NCBI GenBank assembly: GCA_937907575.1
Contig: CALERN010000023.1
Span: forward strand, 106,037 to 170,036
Length of the DNA: 64,000 nt
Origin: an uncultured Porphyromonadaceae bacterium
Lineage (GTDB): Bacteria; Bacteroidota; Bacteroidia; Bacteroidales; Muribaculaceae
Direction: 5' to 3'
Every line of letters starts with the position of its first letter. Position 1 is the first letter of the stretch. Made by a program: the position numbers and the translations under genes. Below, in pieces: positions 57,146-64,000 of the stretch. The notes below the pieces were generated by a model that did not search any database, was not told the origin of the DNA, and saw nothing but the letters and a program-made list of their open reading frames with translations.

Positions 57146-58201
57146 ATGAGAATCTGTTACCTGACACGCAACTACAAGACCGCCCGCCACGCTGGCGGCA
57201 AGGCCCGGCAGGACATGGAGGAGCTGATGCGCCGCCACGGCTGCCGCAATCTGGGCATACCCACTACCCGCTGCCGCAACAAGGTCACCGACTTTTTCCT
57301 GACGCTCTTAGGGGTGCTGGCATACACGCTGCGGCTGCGGCGCGGCGATGTGGTGGTGCTGCAATATCCCGTCAAGAAGTATTTCCGATACCTGTGCCGC
57401 CTGGCGCGGATGCGAGGCGCGAAGACGGTCACGCTGGTGCATGACCTCGGCTCGTTCCGCCGCCACCGCCTTACGCCCGGCGAGGAGGTGCGCAAGCTGT
57501 CGCTGACAGATGCGCTCATCATCTCCAACGAGGCGGAAATCGGCTGGCTGCGCGACCACGGCTGCCGCGTGCCGATGACACCGCAAGTCGCTTGGGACTA
57601 CCTCGCCGACAGCAAGCCGCAGCACGTCCCCGACCCCGAAGAGGCTGTGGCGCATCCCTCGCTGATGTATGTTGGCAACGTGAGGCGCAAGGCCAACGGC
57701 TTCCTGTACAAAGTCAAGGGGTTGCCCATGCACCTGTACGGAATGGGAGATGTCTTGCCTGACGACACTCATTTTTTGTACGGGCATACACTGGACAGCG
57801 AGATAATCCGCAGCGCGACAGCCTCGTTTGCAGTGGTATGGTACGGAGGCTCGCTTGACTGCACGGACGGTTTTATCGGCGAATACATACGCTACTGCAA
57901 CACGCACAAGCTGTCGCTGTATATGCGTTGCCATCGCCCGGTAATAATCAGCAACGAATCGGGCATGGCTCCCTTTGTGCGCCGCGAGGGGATAGGCCTC
58001 ACCGTTGATACGCTCGAGGGCATCGCCGGGCGGCTTGCCGCCGTCACGGCGGCGGAATACGGCCAGATGCAGCGCAATGTGGAGCGAGTGTCTGCCCTGA
58101 TGGCAGAAGGGCATTACTTCTACGCCGCCCTTGACCGCGCCCTCTCCCTGCTTCCAGATGCAGTGGGGTGTGAGCTGGATTTGCGTATCAGGAATAAATA
58201 A
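57146..58201 (+). CDS. Galactofuranosyltransferase-like glycosyltransferase
   Basis: AGGKARQD, GDVVVLQYP, LVHDL, VVW.G, Y.N.HKLSLY and FV..EGIG motifs. Confidence 0.8.
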   Translation: MRICYLTRNYKTARHAGGKARQDMEELMRRHGCRNLGIPTTRCRNKVTDFFLTLLGVLAYTLRLRRGDVVVLQYPVKKYFRYLCRLARMRGAKTVTLVHDLGSFRRHRLTPGEEVRKLSLTDALIISNEAEIGWLRDHGCRVPMTPQVAWDYLADSKPQHVPDPEEAVAHPSLMYVGNVRRKANGFLYKVKGLPMHLYGMGDVLPDDTHFLYGHTLDSEIIRSATASFAVVWYGGSLDCTDGFIGEYIRYCNTHKLSLYMRCHRPVIISNESGMAPFVRREGIGLTVDTLEGIAGRLAAVTAAEYGQMQRNVERVSALMAEGHYFYAALDRALSLLPDAVGCELDLRIRNK

Positions 58202-58265
58202 ACTATATTCGCACCATAAAACGGCGAGGGGCTTTTGACCCGGTCCGGCATACTAATACAGCATC

Positions 58266-58898
58266 ATGAACACTCGACGAGGCAAACTCTATTTCAGATA
58301 CGGCACCATGGGCTCTGCCAAAACGGCATTGCTCCTCACCACGGCATACAATTTCGAGGAGCGCGGCATGGGATATATGTGCTTCAAGCCAGTTACGGAC
58401 ACACGCGAGAAGAAGAACGTGATACGCTCGCGCATCGGCATAGAGCGCACCTGCCAGTGGATATACCCCGACACAGACCTGTATGCCCAGGTCCGGGCAA
58501 TGGCCGACCGTGGCGTGTCGCTCCCCGGGTGGCTGCTAATTGACGAGGCGCAGTTCCTTTCTGCCGAACAGGTTGACCAGCTCGCGATGACAGTTGACGA
58601 CTTCGGGCTGAACGTGATATGCTACGGTCTGCGCACCGACTTCCGCACACACCTGTTTGAGGGGTCGCGTCGCCTGTTTGAGATTGCCGACACGATTGAC
58701 GAAATCAAGTCTACCTGCTCCTGCGGCCGCAAGACCATAGTCAACGCACGCATCGACTCCAAGGGCAACATCGTCACTGAGGGTGCACAGGTGGAAATAG
58801 GCGGCAACGACCGTTACATGGCTGTCTGCCGCACCTGTTGGCGCAACAAGCGCATCGAGTCTGTGAGCCGCGACCGGCTTCCCTTTGAATCTGAATGA
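58266..58898 (+). CDS. tdk: Thymidine kinase
   Basis: YGTMGSAKT, LIDEAQFL and YGLRTDF motifs; zinc-binding Cys pairs. Confidence 0.96.
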   Translation: MNTRRGKLYFRYGTMGSAKTALLLTTAYNFEERGMGYMCFKPVTDTREKKNVIRSRIGIERTCQWIYPDTDLYAQVRAMADRGVSLPGWLLIDEAQFLSAEQVDQLAMTVDDFGLNVICYGLRTDFRTHLFEGSRRLFEIADTIDEIKSTCSCGRKTIVNARIDSKGNIVTEGAQVEIGGNDRYMAVCRTCWRNKRIESVSRDRLPFESE

Positions 58899-58917
58899 CA
58901 TACGACGGCATTATACC

Positions 58918-59769
58918 ATGGAAAAGCGGCAGATACTCCTCTCGTCAGGCCCAGTAGGGACGATGATACTCGGACGGTTGCGCCGTGACCATGCTGATGC
59001 CTCTCCTCACGACGCGATGCGTGTGTCAGTGGAGACCCCGGAAATATATGCAGACATGGCTCGCGAGTATGCCGATGCCGGCGCAGACATAGTCTTTGCT
59101 GCCACCCTTGCTGCCAGCAGGGCGTATCCGTGGGTGCGAGATACAGAGGGGGTGCTGCGTGCCAACAGCCGCGCCGTCGCCATTGTGCGTCGTGAAGCTC
59201 CTGGCCGCGCCGTCGCCTCGATGGTGTCCTCGCCTGCGGCAGATGACGTGTCGCGTCATACGGCGGAAATTTTGATTGAGCAGCTTTGCGCTCTTGCCGA
59301 CGCGGGCGTGGATATGCACTTCCTCGAGACTTTGGTGACGGAGGACGCAGCGCGCATGCTCACAGAATGCGCCCTCGAGGCGGACGTGCGTTGCGGCACT
59401 CACACGCCTCTGCACATATCGCTGACACCGGTCATGGGGCTGCGGCTGCTTGGCGGCATCCCCCTTGACGCAGCGGCTTTCTCGCTGCTGCAGTACTGCC
59501 CGGCTTCGATAGGCGTAAACTGCCTGTACCCGCCAGCTGACGCTGCTGCGGCCCTGCGCTCGCTGGCTAATGTGTCGCCAGCGATGCCGCTGTCCGTGCG
59601 TCCGTCCGCGTCAGTCCTCGGCAAACGGCTCGTCCCTCCTGCTGAATTTGCGCAGTGCATAGCCGAGTGCCTCGCTGTTGAAACAGTGGCGATAGTCGGC
59701 AGCTGCTGTGGGGCGACACCCGAGCATACCTCTCAATTGAAAACCTTATTAACCGAATCCAATCCATGA
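58918..59769 (+). CDS. Stand-alone homocysteine S-methyltransferase-family protein (divergent)
   Basis: G..GT, Y.DAGAD, AGVD...LET, IGVNC and VGSCCGATPEH zinc motifs. Confidence 0.8.
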   Translation: MEKRQILLSSGPVGTMILGRLRRDHADASPHDAMRVSVETPEIYADMAREYADAGADIVFAATLAASRAYPWVRDTEGVLRANSRAVAIVRREAPGRAVASMVSSPAADDVSRHTAEILIEQLCALADAGVDMHFLETLVTEDAARMLTECALEADVRCGTHTPLHISLTPVMGLRLLGGIPLDAAAFSLLQYCPASIGVNCLYPPADAAAALRSLANVSPAMPLSVRPSASVLGKRLVPPAEFAQCIAECLAVETVAIVGSCCGATPEHTSQLKTLLTESNP

Positions 59770-61058
59770 TAGAACAGGAGAAAAGAAAACAGATAATTGC
59801 GCTGATGCACCGCCAGATAGTCCCCGCTATCGGCTGTACCGAGCCGTCGGCTGTAGCCCTTTGCGCTGCCGTTGCCGCCAAGCTGCTTCCCGAGGGGACA
59901 GTGCCCGAGAAGATTGAGGTGCGTGCAAGCGCCAACATCATCAAGAACGCCATGGGCGTGGGCATACCAGGCACCGGCATGATAGGCCTGCCGATTGCAG
60001 TCGCCCTCGGTGCGCTCACCGGCGACCCTGCAGACCAGCTCGAGGTGCTTTCTCATGTAACCCCCGAAACTGTCAAGCGCGGCTGCAAATACATCGACGA
60101 GCAGCGCATCCGCATCTGCCTGTTCCCCAATCCCCCGGCGATACTCCATATCGAAGTGACCGTCACAGCCGGCGGCCATTCGGCGCGTGCCGTCATCTCC
60201 GGGTCGCATACAAATGTGGTATACACCGAGGCCGACGGCAAGGTGCTGACCGACAAGTGCGCCGCGACGGACCACGGCGAGGCGTGCCAGAAGGACATCG
60301 AGCTCGACATGAAGACCGTGTTCGATTTTGCAACGACAGCCCCTATTGACGAGATTTCATTCATACTCGAGGCTCGCCGCTACAACAAGGCTGCAGCCGA
60401 CTATGCCCTCAAGCAGGAATCTGGTCACTGCGTAGGCTCGACCATACTGCGCTACGGCGCACCCGTGTTTGGCGACAGCGTCCTGAGCCGCGTCATCAGC
60501 TACACGTCAGCTGCCTGCGACGCCCGCATGGGCGGTGCGCCTGTGGCCGTCATGTCCAACTCCGGCAGCGGCAACCAGGGTATCACCACCACAATGCCAG
60601 TCGTGGTATACGCCGAGGAAACTGGCGCGACCGAGGAGCAGACCATACGCGCTCTCACGCTCTCGCACCTGACGAGCATATACATCAAGCAGAGCCTCGG
60701 CTGCCTCTCCGCCCTCTGCGGCTGCGTCGTGGCATCGACAGGCGCGTCCTGCGGCATCGTCTACCTCATGGGCGGCGGCTATCCGCAGGTATGTTCCGCA
60801 ATCAAGGACATGATCGCCAACCTTGCCGGCATGATATGCGACGGCGCGAAGCCCTCATGCTCGATGAAGATTTCGTCGGGCGTGTATACCGCCATGCTGT
60901 CGGCGATGCTTGCCATGAACGGCAAATGCGTGACACAGGCCGAGGGCATCGTCTGCGACGACGTGGACCGCTCCATCCACAACCTGACGAGCATCGGCCG
61001 CGAGGCGATGACCGAGACCGACAAGCAGATCCTCGAGATTATGACCCACAAGTGCTGA
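59766..61058 (+). CDS. L-cysteine desulfidase / serine dehydratase alpha-family (YhaM/CdsB-like)
   Basis: PAIGCTEP, KNAMGVGIPGTG, DARMGG, MSNSGSGNQG, LSALCG and ICDGAKPSC motifs. Confidence 0.92.
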   Translation: MIEQEKRKQIIALMHRQIVPAIGCTEPSAVALCAAVAAKLLPEGTVPEKIEVRASANIIKNAMGVGIPGTGMIGLPIAVALGALTGDPADQLEVLSHVTPETVKRGCKYIDEQRIRICLFPNPPAILHIEVTVTAGGHSARAVISGSHTNVVYTEADGKVLTDKCAATDHGEACQKDIELDMKTVFDFATTAPIDEISFILEARRYNKAAADYALKQESGHCVGSTILRYGAPVFGDSVLSRVISYTSAACDARMGGAPVAVMSNSGSGNQGITTTMPVVVYAEETGATEEQTIRALTLSHLTSIYIKQSLGCLSALCGCVVASTGASCGIVYLMGGGYPQVCSAIKDMIANLAGMICDGAKPSCSMKISSGVYTAMLSAMLAMNGKCVTQAEGIVCDDVDRSIHNLTSIGREAMTETDKQILEIMTHKC

Positions 61059-63348
61059 GGCGGCAGCGGGAGAGTGCGCCGGGCGCGCCGCGCTCCATGC
61101 GCGGCAGGTAGCCGAAACCTCCGACGAGTGTCTCTTCGCCCAGATCGATGACCAGACGGTGCGGCGGTTGCGCAGAGGCGGAGGCTTCCCAGTATGTCGA
61201 TTCCTGAAGGTCGATTATCTTGTCGGCGGTATGGTTGCCAGCCGTATTGCAGTCGCGGGTGGGGAGGACTTTCCATTTCTCGCTCGGCAACCTGTTGCCC
61301 GCTCCGTCAGTGAGGTATATTTCGGCGATAGCTGCGGGATTGCCGTCGTGGGTGCCGAGCGCCTCTATAACCACATACCTGCCGCTGCGCGGCGTGAATG
61401 ATATTTCTTTCCACCCGTTGCCGGCGGGCAGTGAGCCTTCGGCGAGCGTGGTTATTTCGCCCAATGCAACTTCCGATGCGTCTTGCACCGGCTGTGCATC
61501 AGCTGGTTGCACGTTGTCGTTTACCGGCGATGCAAGTCCGCGTATGCGAGTGTCGCGAGGCCCGAGTATGTCGAATACGAGCACCTCGTTTTCACCTTCG
61601 CGCAGCCAGCACCCCGGGGCGTACAGCGTCTGCTGCGGGCCGATGTGCCAGATGCGCCCGAGCGCGTGTCCGTTGACGTAGACCAGCCCTTTGCCCCAGG
61701 TGCTGAAATCGAGGAACGTGTCCGCTGCCTTGGCTATATGGAATGTCCCATGGTATACGCCTGGTGTCATGCGCTCGCCGTCTGCAGCTGGCGCGATGTC
61801 CTGATATTTCATTGACCGGTAGAACGGAAGTTCGTCCGGCAACAGCTGTACGTCCCAGCCGGCCAGTGTTGTGTTTTTGCCCTCCGGGGTTGTCACAGAT
61901 ACGCTTTCGGTTATTCCCTTGAAGTCCTTTATGGCACGTCCGAAGTTGATGCGCCCCATGGCTTCGACCAGTATTGTCAGGCTGTCACCAGCGGCGCATG
62001 ACGGCATGGTGAGGCGTGTCTGCGACAGCCGCCTGTCGAGGATGCCGACACGTTTGCCGCCCACTGATATGATTGCATAGTCGTGAGGTTCAGACACTTC
62101 GAGGACAGAGCCTTCGGGAATGTCAAAGGGTATCGATGTCGAATAGACGATGCTGCCGTAGCCCTGCCCGAACTCCTCCATGGTCTTGATGGTGTCTGTG
62201 CGGATAGCTTCGGGCAGGTTTCCAGCGAGTGCTGCAACCTCCGTGAGGCGGAACTCCGCGACCGTGCCAGTCGGCGGTGTCGGCGGAATGTCGGGCAGAG
62301 CCTCCCCACTGTTGTGCTTGGCCATGACCTCGCGCAGCAGGCGGTACTTTTCTGTAGGCGCACCCTGCTCGTTTATAGGCGCGTCGTAGTCGTATGAAGT
62401 CACGTCGGGTGCGAACCCCGGCGAGTTTGCGCCAGCCCAGTGTCCCCAGTTGGTGCCGCCGTGGGTCATGTAGAGGCTGAACGAGATGCCGCGTGACAGC
62501 ATGTCGTCGATGCCGCTTGTCATCGCGTCGGCCGGGCGTGTCTCGTGCCCCGCGCCCCACTTGTCAAACCAGCCGCTCCAGTATTCCGAACACATCAGCG
62601 GGCTGTGAGGCCTTTCGCGCAGCAGCGGCGCAAACTCTCGCTCCACGTCCGCGCCTGTGCCGAAATTGAGCGTCCACGTCAGGTCATCGAGGCCGTTGTC
62701 GAGGAAGTTTGACGACCAGTCGCATTGGAACATCGTGACTTCCTTGCCGTAGCAGCGGCGGAGCGTGTCGCGTATCGCAGACACGTACCCCTTGTCCTTG
62801 CCATACGAGCCGTATTCGTTTTCCACCTGTATCATTATTATCGGGCCTCCGCGACCGACGGTCAGGTCGGCAACCTGTTCGGCGACCTTCTCCTCAAACA
62901 GAGCCACGCGCTCCATGAAGTACGGGTCATCCTCGCGCAGCCGTATGTCCTTCTTGCGCAGCAGCCACCACGGCAGGCCTCCCATTTCCCACTCGGCACA
63001 CACATACGGGCCTGGACGCAATATCACATACATGCCGTTAGCCTGGCAGAGGCGTATGAACTCGCGCAGGTCGTTTTGTCCCGAGAAGTCGAACTCGCCC
63101 GGGTGTTGCTCGTGCACATTCCAGAATACATACAGGCATATGGTGTTCATGCCCAATGCCTTGCACATGCGGATGCGCTGCTCCCAGTAGGGACGCGGTA
63201 TTCGCGGATAATGCAGTTCCGCAGCCTTGACGACAAACGGCTTGCCGTCCATGAGGAATGTCCCCTCGCCAGGGACGAAAGTGCCGGCAGCGGCGTTTGC
63301 CACGGCCAATGAGAGTATGGCGAGCAATGAGAGCAGAAGTTTTCGCAT
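61039..63348 (-). CDS. GH35 beta-galactosidase with C-terminal discoidin-like region
   Basis: ELHYPR, RPGPYVCAEWEMGGLP, QVENEYG, SEYWSGWFD and TSYDYDAP motifs. Confidence 0.95.
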   Translation of the reverse strand: MRKLLLSLLAILSLAVANAAAGTFVPGEGTFLMDGKPFVVKAAELHYPRIPRPYWEQRIRMCKALGMNTICLYVFWNVHEQHPGEFDFSGQNDLREFIRLCQANGMYVILRPGPYVCAEWEMGGLPWWLLRKKDIRLREDDPYFMERVALFEEKVAEQVADLTVGRGGPIIMIQVENEYGSYGKDKGYVSAIRDTLRRCYGKEVTMFQCDWSSNFLDNGLDDLTWTLNFGTGADVEREFAPLLRERPHSPLMCSEYWSGWFDKWGAGHETRPADAMTSGIDDMLSRGISFSLYMTHGGTNWGHWAGANSPGFAPDVTSYDYDAPINEQGAPTEKYRLLREVMAKHNSGEALPDIPPTPPTGTVAEFRLTEVAALAGNLPEAIRTDTIKTMEEFGQGYGSIVYSTSIPFDIPEGSVLEVSEPHDYAIISVGGKRVGILDRRLSQTRLTMPSCAAGDSLTILVEAMGRINFGRAIKDFKGITESVSVTTPEGKNTTLAGWDVQLLPDELPFYRSMKYQDIAPAADGERMTPGVYHGTFHIAKAADTFLDFSTWGKGLVYVNGHALGRIWHIGPQQTLYAPGCWLREGENEVLVFDILGPRDTRIRGLASPVNDNVQPADAQPVQDASEVALGEITTLAEGSLPAGNGWKEISFTPRSGRYVVIEALGTHDGNPAAIAEIYLTDGAGNRLPSEKWKVLPTRDCNTAGNHTADKIIDLQESTYWEASASAQPPHRLVIDLGEETLVGGFGYLPRMERGAPGALSRCRLSTCGS

Positions 63349-63493
63349 GACGTGTGTCGTGTTGCGGGTGGCAAAAGTTATCTGCAAAGTTAGTGACAGC
63401 CGGCGGAAAATGCAAGTCAAAGAAGATGCAAATGTTGTCGTTGCGGGGATTTTTAGTTAACTTTGCACTACGCAAATCCTCAAAACGAGATTT

Positions 63494-64000
63494 ATGGCAA
63501 TTCTTCCCCGTTTGTCCCGAAAGACATTTCTTGTCGCTGCGCTTCTGACGGCATGGTGTCTGCAAGCAATGGCTTCGCAGCCGGTAGACGATTTCGTGGC
63601 CTCGCCTGCAACAGATGCCTCCTCGGTGTCGGTATATGTGTATGACCTCGACCGCAGACGGCAGACCGAGGGGTACAACGAGAGCGTGCCGCTCATTCCG
63701 GCTTCGATAACGAAAGCGTTGACCGTAGCCTCGTGCCAGCTGAAAACGGGGATAGACTACCGCTACGAGACGCATGTATACATCGACGGCACGCTGAAAA
63801 ACGGCATACTGCACGGCAACCTGATAATCGTCGGCTCTGGCGACCCTTCGCTCAATTCGCGGCAGGACGCCGGCTCGGATTTCGTCAGCGAGGTTGTCAG
63901 TGCGTTGAAACGCAAGAAGATAACACGCATCGACGGACAAATACTTTTTGACCAGTCCATATTTCCGCTGCCGGCACATCCGGCATCTTGGCCGGCCGGA
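63494..64000 (+). CDS. dacB: D-alanyl-D-alanine carboxypeptidase/endopeptidase (PBP4), N-terminal part
   Basis: Not in the ORF track. Manual translation MAILPRL...LIPASITK (SxxK)...YRYET...GNLIIVGSGDPSL; promoter TAACTTTG at 63458-63465. Confidence 0.9.
   Translation, partial: MAILPRLSRKTFLVAALLTAWCLQAMASQPVDDFVASPATDASSVSVYVYDLDRRRQTEGYNESVPLIPASITKALTVASCQLKTGIDYRYETHVYIDGTLKNGILHGNLIIVGSGDPSLNSRQDAGSDFVSEVVSALKRKKITRIDGQILFDQSIFPLPAHPASWPAG

Noticed and set aside
61039..61058. 20-bp convergent overlap of the desulfidase and GH35 genes
   Set aside because: Short tail-to-tail overlaps are common and nothing else suggests a function.

Overview
GC-rich chromosomal segment from a Bacteroidales organism, probably Muribaculaceae-like, judged from the TAnnTTTG promoters, gene content and a T9SS-sorted protein. 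Most of it is housekeeping DNA: wza/wzy/wzc, ispG, purE, rluA, glycerate kinase, birA, tsaE, an RND efflux operon, GH31, carboxy(nor)spermidine dehydrogenase, a biotin carboxyltransferase, PBP1a, tilS, pyrBI, ddh, an M18 peptidase, tdk, cysteine desulfidase, GH35, dacB and tRNA-Ser(TGA). Accessory features are: (1) a lower-GC MlyI/PleI-like type IIS restriction-modification pair; (2) an AraC/redox/TonB cluster that starts with a probable aldo-keto-reductase-derived miniprotein; (3) a decayed IS3-like fragment beside the tRNA; (4) two solitary AAA_14-DUF4143 ATPase/nuclease genes; (5) an orphan tyrosine recombinase; (6) an orphan CI/LexA-like S24 repressor with a GGA-N5-TCC box at its own promoter. 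The most notable structure is a family of GTAG-type REP palindromes. Two colinear ~100-bp REP doublets (REPIN-like) lie in direct orientation on either side of one AAA-DUF4143 gene and its promoter, forming a possible composite REPIN cassette. Also seen are a 9-bp degenerate tandem-repeat family, a candidate sRNA or structured leader, several candidate operators and an internal duplication in the carboxylase. No CRISPR array, prophage, reverse transcriptase or intact transposase was found. All homology calls are by eye or from memory; no searches were run.
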